Shown here one piece after another: positions 50,378 through 63,070 of a DNA stretch of 64,000 bases. A program made the position numbers and the translations under genes. The stretch spans positions 682,001 through 746,000 of the forward strand of contig JASTWF010000138.1 of NCBI GenBank assembly GCA_030390025.1, in the 5' to 3' direction. The stretch comes from Squalus acanthias (lineage: Eukaryota). Under the pieces are notes generated by a model. The model was given only the letters and a program-made list of their open reading frames with translations, made no database searches and had not been told where the DNA came from. How positions within the stretch are numbered: the first letter of the stretch is position 1; every line of letters begins with the position of its first letter.

Positions 50378-50995
50378 CACACTGTTACAGGGACGCAGTC
50401 AGTCCGTACAAAAAACAGCAAAAGTCTCGCACCTCCTCTCACTGAATCAGATCTGCGACCTGGATTGTGATCAGATAATAGAACGCAAACCAAATTATTA
50501 CGACGTGTTTGGCCGAATGGCCTGTTTCTGTGCTGTAATTCTATGTAATATCCCCCTTTATATCGGCTGTGGGTAGTTCTCATGGTCAGTGAGCAGCTCT
50601 TTTAACGGGAACCTCGGGCACTTATACATAACCATTTCCCTTCACTGCCCCCACCGCACATACTGCCCCTGTAAAAGGGCCGACACTGGGTTTAATCCCC
50701 GTCCAGTTCTCTGTTGTGAGGAGAACAATTTCACTCCGTTCCCCGCGCCCCGCTCTGACGTCATAAATTGGAGAACAAAGGAGCTGTGAGCTGATTGGAT
50801 GAAATGGAGAACAAAGGACACGTGTGCCGATTGGATGAATTGGAGAACAACGGACCCCTGAGCTGATTGGATGTCACCTGTTGACTCTGTCAGGAATGAA
50901 GCAATCGGCAGAGAGACCGGCTATTACTCAATATCTTCCAACTCTTGACTAAAACAATTACAGGTGTTCAAATCCGCCATCAACTCTCTGCAAAC

Positions 50996-51519
50996 ATGTT
51001 GGGTGTGACTTTTTACTCAGTCGTCACAGCTGCAGCTCTATTAACTGGTAAGTTCACAAGTTACACAAACTTGCTCTTGCAGGTGTCACTAACATAGAGA
51101 ACCTTTTAACTGTGTTTCTCTATAATTCCCATATATTCCGTCACCATTATTATATTAGTTATAATGAAATGACAGTAAGAGCTTACAGTTCTGTATTTCT
51201 AAATTTTTGCAGGTGTTAGTGGTGCAGACTCGCTCTCACAGGGGCCGATTACAGCGATGCAGTTTGAAGGAGACTCGGTGACCATTAATTACAATTATTC
51301 GATCACTGATACTTTCTATTTCTTACAACTGTACCGTCAGGACTGGGACAAAGGCCCCACATTCTTGATCTACATCCCTTCTGCTGGGGATGTTTCCAAA
51401 CCAGAGGGCGCGGGGGCTCGATTTTCCGCATCTCTCGACACTTCGAAAAGTGAAGGGAATTTCACCATCGGCGGCCTGCGGATGTCTAACAGCGCGGTGT
51501 ATCACTGCGGGCTGAGAGA
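50996..51519 (+). pseudogene. TCR V segment, ORF open but Cys23->Tyr and Trp41->Leu
   Basis: Leader 50996-51047; exon from 51213: ADSLSQGP...VTINYNY...LQLYRQ...NSAVYHCGLRD; RSS CACAGTG-23-ACAAAACGT at 51520-51558. Confidence 0.85.
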
Positions 51520-51589
51520 CACAGTGACAGGAACCAGAGGGAGCCTCGTACAAAACGTGACCTGGGCAGGAGGGAGCGGCTGATTGGGT

Positions 51590-54500
51590 GAGTACGGCAG
51601 GTTAGTATTTATACTACTTTATAGTTTGATAGTTAAGGTTCATAGTTTATAAAGTTTCGAAGAAATTAATTTTGTGATTATTAATTTCTAGTGCTAGTAA
51701 CCAAGGGCCCTTGAGTAATTCATTTAATTGAGTGAAATTGGTGGTATTAATTTGATTTAATTAAAGTTCAATTAATTAAAGGGTAAGTCATGGCAGGACA
51801 GCCCAGCCCCGTGTTGTGCTCCTCCTGCTCTATGTGGGAAATCAGGGACCCTTCCGGTGTCCCTGACGACCATGTGTGCGGGAAGTGTATCCAGCTGCAG
51901 CTACTGACAGCCCGCATTGCGGCGCTGGAGCTGCGGCTGGATGCATATTGGAGCATTCGCGATGCTGAGAGCCTCGTGGATAGCACGTTTAGTGAGTTGG
52001 TCACACCCCAGGTGAAGGGTGTACAGGCAGGAAGGGAATGGGTGACCACCAGGCAGAGTAGGAGGTGCAGGCAGGTAGTGCAGGGGTCCCCTGTGGACAT
52101 CCCCCTCTCAAACAGATATACCGCTTTGGATACTGTTGGGGGGGATGACTTAGGGGAAGGCAGCAGCAGCCAACTTCCTGGCACCATGGGCGGCTCTGCT
52201 GCACAGGCTGGGAGGAAAAAGAGTGGAAGAGCTATAGTGATAGGGGACTCAATTGTAAGGGGAATAGATAGGCGTTTCTGCGGCCGCAACCGAGACTACA
52301 GGATGGTGTGTTGCCTCCCTGGTGCAAGGGTCAAGGACGTCTCGGAGCGGCTACAGAACATTTTGGAGGGGGAGGGCGAACAGCCAGCTGTCGTGGTGCA
52401 CATAGGCATCAACGATATAGGTAAAAAAGGGGATGAGGTCCTAAAAGCAGAATATAGGGAGTTAGGAGGTAAATTAAAAAGTAGGACCTCAAAGGTAGTA
52501 ATCTCAGGATTGCTACCCTGCCACGTGCTAGTCAGAGTAGAAATAGGAGGATATTTCAAATGAATACGTGGCTAGAGGAATGGTGCAAGGGGGAGGGATT
52601 CAAATTCCTGGGACATTGGAACCGGTTCTGGGGGAGGTGGGACCAGTACAAACCGGACGGTCTGCACCTGGGCAGGGCCGGGACCGCTGTCCTAGGGGGA
52701 GTGTTTGCTAGTGCTGTTGGGGAGGATTTAAACTAATGTGGCAGGGGGTTGGGAACCTGAGCAGGGAGACAGAGGAAAGCATGTCAGGAAGGGACAGAAG
52801 GTATGGAGTAAAAGATAAAGTGTTAAATAAGGAAAAAGCAGGAAGTAAGTGTCGCAAAACACATTTGAACGTTCTTTATCTGAATGCACGTAGCATTCGT
52901 AACAAAATTGACGAGTTAACGGCACAAATAACTGTGTATGGGTATGATCTTGTGGCCATTACAGAAACATGGCTGCAGGGTGACAACGTCTGGGAATTAA
53001 ATATGCCAGGGTATTTAACAATCAGGAAGGACAGGCAGGAAGGAAGTGGTGTGGGGGGGGGGGTGGCTATGTTAATAAAGGAAGGAATCACTGTAATACA
53101 GAGAAATGATATTGGGTCAAAAGATTAGGATAATGAAACAGTTTGGGTAGAGATTAGGAATAATAAGGGGAAAAAAACACTGGTGGGCGTAGTATATAGG
53201 CCTCCTAATAGTTGCAACTCTGTTGGAAGAAGTATTAATCAGGAAATAGTTGGGGCATGTAATAAGGGAACAGCTATAATTATGGGGGTCTTTAACTATC
53301 ATATTAACTGGACAAATCAAATTGGGCAGGGCAGCCTTGAGGAAGAGTTTATTGAGTGTCTTAGGGATGGATTTCTTGAGCAGTATGTAACTGATCCTAC
53401 AAGGGGGCAAGCAACCTTGGACCTGGTACTGTGTAATGAATCTGGATTAATTAATAATGTCCTAGTTAAGGATCCCCTTGGAATGAGTGACCATAACATG
53501 GTTGAATTCCATATCCAATTAGAGGGTGAGAAGGTTGGTTCTCAAACAAGCATACTGAGCTTGAATAAAGGAGACTTGATGGCATGAGAGCAGAATTGAT
53601 TAAAGTGGACTGGGAAAATGGATTAAAGGGTAAGACGGTACATGAGCAGTGGTGTTCATTCAAGGAGTTATTTTACAACTTTCAAAATAAATATATTCCA
53701 CTGAGGAAAAAAGGGTGTAAAAGAAATGACAGCCATCCATGGCTAAGTAAAGAAATTAAAGAAAGTATCCAACTAAAAACAAGGACATATAAGGTAGCCA
53801 AAGTTAGTGGGAGGATAGAAGATTGGGAAGTCTTCAAAAGACAACAAAAAGTGCTTAAGGATTGATTAAGAAAGGGAAAATAGACTATGAAAATAAATTA
53901 GCAAAAAATATGAAAACAGATAGCAAGAGTTTCTATAGTTATATAAAAAGAAAAAGGGTGGTTAAGGCAAACGTAGGTCCCTTAGAGGATGAGACCGGGA
54001 AATGAATGGTGGGAAACATGGAGATGGCAAAAATGCTGAACAAATATTTTGTTTCAGTCTTTACGGTAGAGGACACTAAGAATATCCCAACACTGGACAA
54101 ACAGGGGGCTCTAGTGGGGGAGGAGCTAAATACGATTAAAATTACTAAGGAATTGGTACTCAGTAAAATAATGGGCCTCAAGGCGCATAAATCCTCTGGA
54201 CCTGGTGGCTTTCATCCTAGGGTCTTGAGGGAAGTGGCAGTAGGAATTGTGGATGCTTTGGTATTAATTTTCCTAAACTCCCTGAACTCAGCAAAGGTCC
54301 TGGTAGATTGGAAAACTGCTAATGTAACACCCTTATTTAAAAAGGGTTGTAGGCAGAAGGCTGGAAATTATAGACCAGTTAGCCTAACATCTGTGGTGGG
54401 TAAAATTTTGGAGTCTATTATTAAGGAGACAGTAACGGAACATTTAGATAAACATAATTTAATAGGACAAAGTCAGCATGGCTTTATGAAGGGGAAGTCA

Positions 54501-55878
54501 TGTCTGACAAATTTGCTCGAGTTCTTTGAGGACATAACGTACAGGGTGGATAAAGGGGAACCAGTGGATGTAGTGTATTTAGACTTCCAGAAGGCATTCG
54601 ACAAGGTGCCACATAAAAGATTACTACTCAAGATAAAACATCACTGTATTGGGGGTAATATTCTGGCATGGGTGGAGGATTGGTTATCTAACAGGAAGCA
54701 GAGAGTTGGGATAAATGGTTCATTCTCGGACTGGCAACCAGTAGCCAGTGGTGTTCCGCAGGGGTCGGTGCTGGGTCCCCAACTCTTTACAATCTATATT
54801 AACGATTTGGAGGAGGGGACCGTGTGTAACATATCAAAGTTTGCAGATGATACAAAGATGGGAGGGAAAGTAGAGAGTGAGGAGGACATAAAAAACCTAC
54901 AAGGGGATATAGACAGGCTGGTTGAGTGGGCAGAGATTTGGCAGATGCAATACAATATTGGAAAATGTGAGGTTATGCACTGTGGCAGGAAGAATCAGAG
55001 AGCAAGTTATTATCTTAATGGCCAGAAACTGGAAAGTACTGCAGTACAAAGGGATCTGGGGGTCTTGGTGCAAGAAAATCAAAAAGTTAGTATGCAGGTG
55101 CAGCAGGTGATCAAGAAAGCCAATGGAATGTTGGCTTTTATTGCTAGGGGGATAGAATATAAAAACAGGGAGGTATTGCTGCAGTTGTATAGGGTATTGG
55201 TGAGACCGCAGCTGGAGTACTGCATACAGTTTTGGTGTCCATACTTAAGAAAAGACATACTTGCTCTCGAGGCAGTACAAAGAAGGTTCACTCGGTTAAT
55301 TCCGGGGATGAGGGGGTGGACATACGAGGAGAGGTTGAGTAGATTGGGACTCTACTCATTGGAGTTCAGAAGAATGAGAGGCGATCTTATTGAAACATAT
55401 AAGATTGTGAAGGGGCTTGATCGGGTGGACGCGGTGAGGATATTCCCAATGATGGGTGAAACTAGAACTAGGGGACATAATCTTAGAATAAGGGGCTCCT
55501 CTTTCAAAACTGAGATGAGGAGAAACTTTTTCACTCAGAGGGTAGTGTGTCTGTGGAATTTGTTACCCCAGGAAGCTTTGGAAGCTACTTCATTAAATAA
55601 ATTTAAAACAGAAATAGACCGTTTCCTAGAAGTAAAGGGTATCAGGGGTTACGGGGAGAGGGCTGGAAATTGGACATGAATTTGAGTTCGGATCGGTCAA
55701 GGCCCTGTGGGTGGCGGAGCGGGCCCAGGGGCCGAGTGGCCTGGTCCTGCTCCTGCTTCTTGTGTTCTTTAGAGTTGAGGTTGGATCAGATCAGCCATGA
55801 TCTCATTGAATGGCGGAGCAGGCTCGAGGGGCCGATTGGTCTACTCCTGCTCCTATTTCTTATGTTCTTATGTTCTTA
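51590..55878 (+). mobile_element. Near full-length CR1 LINE, disabled
   Basis: ORF1 from 51790, fragmented APE 52736-53865, RT 54006-55679, doubled 3' tail. Confidence 0.95.
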
Positions 55879-56742
55879 TTGTTATCTGGCTTTTTCTTAA
55901 GATTCTGTCCCGGAGCACCGCGTGCAATGCCTGGGTCAACCACCAGGGGGCGGCGGGACTCCACCCTTCCGCTCAGTGAAGACCGTGCCTTAAGTTCAGA
56001 TGGAGTTTGTCAACTGTATATGAGGTACCAGTTGGCTGCCGGAAATTATTGCAATGGAAAAGGGTTCGATCGAAATCAACTCCTGATGTGAAGATCAGAA
56101 AAACAGAGGAACCGTCAACTCACCAAATTGGCACAATATTTGTTTAAAAAGCAAGATGGTGACACCAAGAATTCTATATCCCTGTAATGAACGACCACTG
56201 ACGGTGAAGGAAGGGGAGTGGATACAATGATCAGTGTGAGGTGATGTCAGTCACGTGTTGAATTGGTTCAGGAACATTTTTTATTCATGTTTTTAATTCA
56301 TGTGGACGTCGCTGACAAGACCGGCATGCACTTTCCATCTCTACTTGCACTGATACAACTGACGGTCTTGCTGGGCCGCTTCATAAGACAGCTAAGAGTC
56401 AACCACATTGGTGTGGGACTGGACTGGAGTCACCATTTCAGGGCAACGGGGGACCGGCAATAAAGGCGACTCGCCAGCGACACCTGCAGCCCGAGAATGA
56501 ATTAACATCCCACTTCTATTGATCCAATCAGACTGGGTCTCTCTCTCTCGTATGTCCAATCATCGCAAGGACCGTTAACGGACGGTCCCGATTAGTTTAA
56601 GCTGGAGCACGTGATTTGTCATTGAAGAATATTGCCGCGAGCTGCTTAGTGCAAATACTGGATCAGCTTCCCAGCAAAGGAGAGAGTATTGGAAATCAGC
56701 TCGACCCGGAGAGGCCCACACTGGCTGGGATTGTCGGAGATC

Positions 56743-57207
56743 ATGCATTTCAAATTCACCCTTTTGACTACCCTCACCTGTTTAACATTTGGTAAGTCTT
56801 TTAAGGATGTTATAGTACAAACTACGTGAAACAAAGTTTCATATTAAACCCACAATTAACCTCCAATCAATATTTTCAGTCTTTCCACCAGATCTGAGTC
56901 AGGGAGCTTCTCTGTCTCAGCATTGGTCGGCTGCAGTTCGGAAAATGAGACAGACTTTCAGAACGCAATGTCGCTATTCAACAACAGCAGGCTGGTACGA
57001 CCTGTATTGTACCGAAAGTATCCTGATACACCCCCGGAGATGATCGTGTGGAGAAGTTAGAGAAACAGTTGGGGAAAGGCAAAAAATATTGGGAACCGCT
57101 TCACTTCTGAATTAAAGACATGCTCAGAAGTATCTATTTTATCCGTCACTGATCTCCAGCGGAGTGACACGGCGCTGTACATCTGTGGATTCGCCCCATC
57201 GCTCCGA
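56743..57207 (+). pseudogene. TCR V pseudogene
   Basis: Leader MHFKFTLLTTLTCLTF (56743-56791) + GTAAG; exon from 56892 with a frameshift at the WY motif and a TAG; ends DTALYICGFAPSLR; RSS CACAGAG-23-ACAAAAGCT at 57208-57246. Confidence 0.85.
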
Positions 57208-57325
57208 CACAGAGATATGACCAAGTTCTCCTCTCGTACAAAAGCTGCCTGCGGTCTGTTTTGGCGGTGATGTGTTTCAGTGCGGTCAGAGAGAGCTGCA
57301 ACATCGACTGCAATTCCTATGGGCT

Positions 57326-57780
57326 GAATCATTGAATCATACAGCACAGAAGGAGGTCTTTCGGCCATGGTGCCTGTGTCGGCTCTTTGAAAGAGCTATC
57401 CAATTAGTTCAGTTCCCCGGTTTTTTACCCATAGCCCTGTACATTTTTGCTTTTCAAGTATTTATCCAATTCTCTTTTGAAAGTTATTATTGAATCTGCT
57501 TCCACCATCCTCCCAGGCAGTGCGTTACAGATCATAACGACTGAGTGCCTCAACAAATTTCTCCTCCTCTCCCTTCTGTTGTTTTTACAAATTATCTTAA
57601 ATCTGTGTCCTCCAGTTACCGACCCTCGTGTCAGTGGAAACAATTTCTCGCTATCTACTCTATCACAACTCCTCATAATTTTGAATACTTCTATTAAATG
57701 TCCTCTCAACTTTCTCTGCTCTATTGAGAACAAAACCAGTTTCTCTAGTCTCTCCACGTAACTGACGTCTTTCATCCCGA
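57326..57780 (-). mobile_element. CR1 3' fragment
   Basis: ORF 57425-57775 is an RT C-terminus. Confidence 0.85.
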
Positions 57781-57836
57781 CATGGCAAGAGAGCCCCAGG
57801 TGGGCAGAGGAAACGCTTCAAGGACACCCTGCATCC

Positions 57837-58384
57837 TACAGTTTTGGTCTCCTTGCCTAAGGAAGGATATACTTGCCATAGAGAGAGTCCAACGATGGTT
57901 CACCAGACTGATTTATGGGATGGGAGGATTGTCCAACGAGGAGAGATTGAGTAGACGAGGCCTATATTCTCTAGATTTTAGAAGAATGAGAGGTGATCAA
58001 TTGAAACATACAAAATTCTTACAGGGCTTGACAGGGTAGATGCAGAGAGGATGATTCCCCTGGCTGGGGAGTCCAGAACCAGGGGTCACAGTCACAGAAT
58101 AAGGGGTCGGCCATTTAGGACAGAGATGAGGGGGAAATTTCTTCATTCAGAGGGTGGCGAATCTTTGGAATTCTCCACACCAGAGGGCTGTGAGGGCTCA
58201 GTCGTTGAGTATATTTAAGGTAGAGATCAATAGATTTTTGGATGTTAACGGAAACAAGGTTTATGGGGATAGTGCAGGAAAGTGGAGTTGAGGTGGCGGA
58301 TCAGTAATGGTCTTATTGAATGGCGGAGCTGGCTCGTGGGGCCGAATGGCCTACTCCTGCTGCTATTTGTTGTGTTCTTATGTT
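57837..58384 (+). mobile_element. CR1 3' fragment
   Basis: QFWSP... and tail. Confidence 0.85.
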
Positions 58385-58439
58385 ACCTGAGATAAGGCCT
58401 ATTATAATATAAACAAAGTAAAGGGCTGTAACAAATAAG

Positions 58440-58860
58440 GCAGGGCCTAGTGCAATAATTACTGATACAGCGACTAGTGTAATATAAACTGAGGCAGGGT
58501 CTCGTGTAATATAAACAGAGACAGGGTCTGGTGTAATATAAACTGAAACAGGGCCTAGTGTAATATAAACAGAGACGAGGTCTAGTGCAGTAATAACTGA
58601 GACAGGGCCTAGTGTAATATAAACAGAGACAGGGCCTAGTGTAATATAAACAGAGACAGGGTCTAGTGTAATATAAACAGAGACAGGGTCTAGTGTAATA
58701 TAAAAAGAGACAGGGTCTAGTGTAATATAAGCAGAGACAGGGTCTAGTGTAATATAAACAGAGACAGGGCCTAGTGTAATATAAACAGAGACCGGGTCTA
58801 GTGTAATATAAACAGAGACAGGGTCTAGTGTAATATAAACAGAGACAGGGTCTAGTGTAA
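58440..58860. repeat. 27-bp satellite, block 1
   Basis: AGAGACAGGGTCTAGTGTAATATAAAC repeated in tandem. Confidence 0.95.
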
Positions 58861-59879
58861 TAATAGTCAGATAATTACAAATTGATGAACCTCATGTCAG
58901 GTACAGGTACAGTTTCATTTTTACCATCACTTGCACCAATCATCACACACTCGAGGTGTTTGTCAGGAGATTCTGTGTGATGCTGAGGTGATCACTGGGC
59001 AATAATGCACAGAGTCTGGTGGGTAGCTGCTCATTATCCTCGGTGTGATTTAATCCCCTTTCCAACTGAATACTGCGGACAGTCATGCTTGACTTGGTAA
59101 CGGACTGGTCAGTGACATCGCTTTCAAAACAAGAGCACTCAAGAGAATCGTTTATTAATAAATGTTAAAGATATTAAGCAACTTGCAATTCCATTTTGAA
59201 TAAAAGAAAATGTTCAAAAATAATTGTGAAGATAATCATTTATCGTTGCAGAATGCACTTGCAAACATCAAAAATGATGTATTTTATACACACACACTCA
59301 CACTCACACATATAGCAAACACTTTGTAAGCGCTCTTTTCAGTTGTTCCTCTTAAACAGATTGTAAATGATCCGGTGGCCATTAGGACCCTGCATCCGCC
59401 CATGCGGAGGTGCTGTAAGGTCATGGTTCCAGCTACTGTCACACAATCAGTGGGTGACGTGAAAGCTAAATAGAGAATAATGCAGGAAAAAAATCATGAA
59501 CATTAAAAAAATTGTGAGCAATTGGCACACTGCAACACAAGTATCAATTAGTCAACTTTAACAGAACGGAGCTTGCTACTAAGTAGTGCAAAGTTCAGTG
59601 CACTATTGCTGACGTTTAGTCCTGCCCCTCAATCCCAGTTCATCTCTGGGAGATTGTTACAAGATTCACCCCATCATTTAAACACAAATATTACCGACAA
59701 AATACCAGTTCAATTAGAAATTGCACGCTGCTCCTGATACTGATGAATAACAGTAAAGGTATGCTTCCAACCATAAATGTTTGCATCCTCCCGCCCACTC
59801 ACACATATATCGTTATTTACATTAATACCTGTCTATCCATCCAGCAGAGATATGCTCTGGAACAATGATAGCTGATGAA

Positions 59880-61870
59880 GGGCCTAGTGTAATATAAACA
59901 GAGACTGGGTCGAGTGTAATATAAACAGAGACAGGGTCTAGTGTAATATAAGCAGAGACAGTGTATAGTGTAATATAAACATAGACAGTGTCTAGTGTAA
60001 TATATGTGGAGATGGGTAAATCTGTTGGACTATAACCTGGTGTTGTGCGACTTCTCATTTTAGTGTAATATAAACAGAGACAGGGTCTAGTGTAATATAA
60101 ACAGAGACTGGGTGTAGTGTAATATAAACAGAGACAGGGTCTGGTGTATTATAAACAGAGATAGGGTCTAGTGTAATATAAACAGAGACAGTGTCTAGTG
60201 TAATATAAGCAGAGACAGTGTATAGTGTAGTGTAAACAGAGACAGTGTCTAGTGTAATATAAACAGAGACAGCGTCTAGAGTAATATAAACAGAAACAAG
60301 GTCTACTGCAGTAATAACTGAGACAGGGCCTAGTGTAATATAAACAGAGACAGGATCTAGTGTAATATAAACAGAGGCAGGGTCTAATGTAATATAAACA
60401 GAGACATGGTCTAGTGTAATATAAACAGAGACAGGGTCTAGTGTAATATAAATACAGACTGGGTCTAGTGTAATATAAACAGAGACAGGATCCAGTGTAA
60501 AATAAACAGAGACAGGGTCTCGTATAATATAAACTGAGACAGGGTCTAGTGTAATATAAACAGAGACAGGGTCTAGTGTAATATAAACAGAGGCAGGGTC
60601 GAGTGTAATACAAACAGAGATAGGAACTAGTGTAATATAAATAGAGAAACGGTCTAGTGTAATATAAACAGAGACAGGGTCTAATGTAATATAAACATAG
60701 ACAGGATCTAGTGTAATATAAACTGAGACAGGTTCTAGTGTAATATAAACAGAGACGGGATCTAGTGTAATATAAACGGTGACAAGGTCTAGTGCAGTAA
60801 TAACTGAGACAGTGTCTAATGTAATAAAAACAGAGACAGGGTATAGCGTAATATAAACAGAGACAGGGTCTAGTGTAATATAAACAGAGACAGGGTCTAG
60901 TGTAATATAAACAGAGACAGAGTCTAGTGTAATATAAACAGAGACAGAGTCTAGTGTAATATAAACAGAGACAGGGTCTAGTGTAATATAAACAGAGACA
61001 GGGTCTCGTGTAATATAAAGAGAGACAGGGTCTAGTGTAATATAAAAAGAGACAGCGTCTAGAGTAATATAAACAGAAACAAGGTCCACTGCAGTAATAA
61101 CCGAGACAGGGCCTAGTGTAATATAAACAGAGACAGGGTCTAGTGTAATATAAACAGAGACAGGGTCTAGTGTAACATCAACAGAGACAGGATCTAGTGT
61201 AATATAAACAGAGACAGGGTCTAGTGTAATATAAACAGAGACAGGGTCTAGTGTAACATCAACAGAGACAGGAACGAGTGTAATATAAACAGAGACAGGG
61301 TCTCGTGTAATATAAACAGAGACAGGGTCTAGTATAATATAAACAGAGACAGGGTCTAGTGTAATATAAACAGAGATAGGAACTAGTGTAATATAAACAG
61401 AGACAGGGTCTAGTGTTATATAAATACAGACAGGGTCTAGCGTAATATAAATAGAGACAGGGTCTCGTGTAATATAAATAGAGACAGGATCTAGTGTAAT
61501 ATAAAGAGAGAAACGGTCTAGTGTAATATAAACAGAGACAGGATCTAGTGTAATATAAACTGAGACAGGATCTAGTGTAATATAAACTGAGACAGGGCCT
61601 CGTGTAATATAAACAGAGACATTGTCTAGTGCAGTAATAACTGAGACAGGGCCTAGTATAATATAAACACAGACAGGTTCTAGTGCAGTAATAACTGAGA
61701 CAGGGTCTAGTGTAATATAAAAACAGACAGGTTCTAGTGCAGTAATAAATGAGACAGCGTCTAGTGTAATATAAACACAGACAGATTCTGGTGCAGTAAT
61801 AACTGAGACAGGGTCTAGTGTAATATAAATAGGGACAGCGTCTACTGCTGTAATAACTGAGGCAGGGCCT
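59880..61870. repeat. 27-bp satellite, block 2
   Basis: Same unit, about 70 copies, with interspersed GCAGTAATAACT variant units. Confidence 0.97.
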
Positions 61871-61900
61871 GTTTCGTGGAAGGCAAACAATCGTGTTTTC

Positions 61901-61916
61901 GCTGCCACCTGGTGGC
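61901..61916 (-). promoter_or_regulatory. CTCF-binding motif GCCACCAGGTGGCAGC
   Basis: Perfect core match next to the satellite end. Confidence 0.75.
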
Positions 61917-62546
61917 AAAGCTTTACCATTGCTCCTATTAGGAAAATTAAGATGTCAGTTACTGTTTCTGATATTAATGTAGCAAGAAGCACCTTGCATT
62001 GAAGTACCACCTCATCACATTCTATGGGAGTTCCCGAAGGATTTGAAGTGCAACTAATTGCAGGTGAATGTGGCCGATTCGCGCACAGAAAGATCAGCAA
62101 AAGAGCAAAGTGGCTCGATTCCTGTCACTGTATTTCTGTTGAACTTGCTTGAAGGGAGGAATGTTGACCCGGACACAGTCTGGGACCCTGGGAGCTTTAA
62201 TGTCCACCTCAACAGACAAGATGCGGCGGGCGCGGAGAGATTATTCGTTCAGGAAAGGTAGTTCCTTTTCAGTGCTGCACCGATTCGACGCCTAGATAAT
62301 GTGCTTAGGTTCTGAAGTTGATGTGAAGTCTGCAATCGATTGATTCTGAAACCAGAATAAAGTCACTTTAGCCAAGCTGCTACTAAAATGCTTAATGGGT
62401 TTAGGTGACATTTGCGCAAAGAAAGTTCAGCAAAACTATTTTAAAATAATACCGGTTAACATTTTTGATATTCAGCGTCCATATATCACAAATAGTAACT
62501 TCAACAATACAATTACAAATCTTTTGATTCGTGCAATTTAAATTCA

Positions 62547-63070
62547 CTGAATCATGGGATCTTACGGCACAGAAGGAGGCCACTCGGCCCATCGTGCCTG
62601 TGCCTGTTCCAGCTCTTTGAATGAGCTATGCAATTACTTCCACTCTCCTGTTCTGTCTCCAAAGCCCTGTAAATGTTTCCTTTCAAGTATTTATCCAATT
62701 CCCTTTTGAAAGATACTGTTGAATCTGCTTCCGCCACCCTTTCAGGCAGTGCATTCCAGATCATAACAACTCGCTGCATTAAAGAATCTCCTCATATCCC
62801 CGCTGTTTTTTTGGCAATTATCTTAAATCTGTATCCTCTGGTTACCGACACTCCTGCCAGTGGAAACATGTCTCACTGTTAACTCTATCAAAACCCTTCA
62901 TGGTTTTTGAACAATTCTATTAAATTCCATTTAACCTTCTCTACTCTAAGGAGAACAATCCCAGCTTCTCCAGTCTCTCCACATAACTGAAGTCCCTCAT
63001 CCCTGGTACAATTCTAGTAAATCTCCTCTGCACCCTATCCAAGACCTTGACATCCTTCCTAATGTGTGGA
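62547..63070 (-). mobile_element. CR1 3' fragment
   Basis: QRVVMIWNALPERV and 3' UTR. Confidence 0.85.

Larger units (their letters stand above)
44310..51050 (+). repeat. Direct segmental duplication of about 2680-14270
   Basis: Collinear unique blocks (CTCF site, family A V, family B RSS and leader, 9590-9985 block, family D V, CRE promoter + leader), with different TE insertions in each copy. Confidence 0.9.

Noticed and set aside
59880-61870. CRISPR-like array
   Set aside because: Head-to-tail repeats with no unique spacers, no cas genes, vertebrate DNA.
60055-62100. 681-aa ORF with VYITLDPVS repeats (and overlapping Cys/Tyr-rich ORFs)
   Set aside because: Artefact of a stop-free 27-bp satellite; no evidence of a gene.
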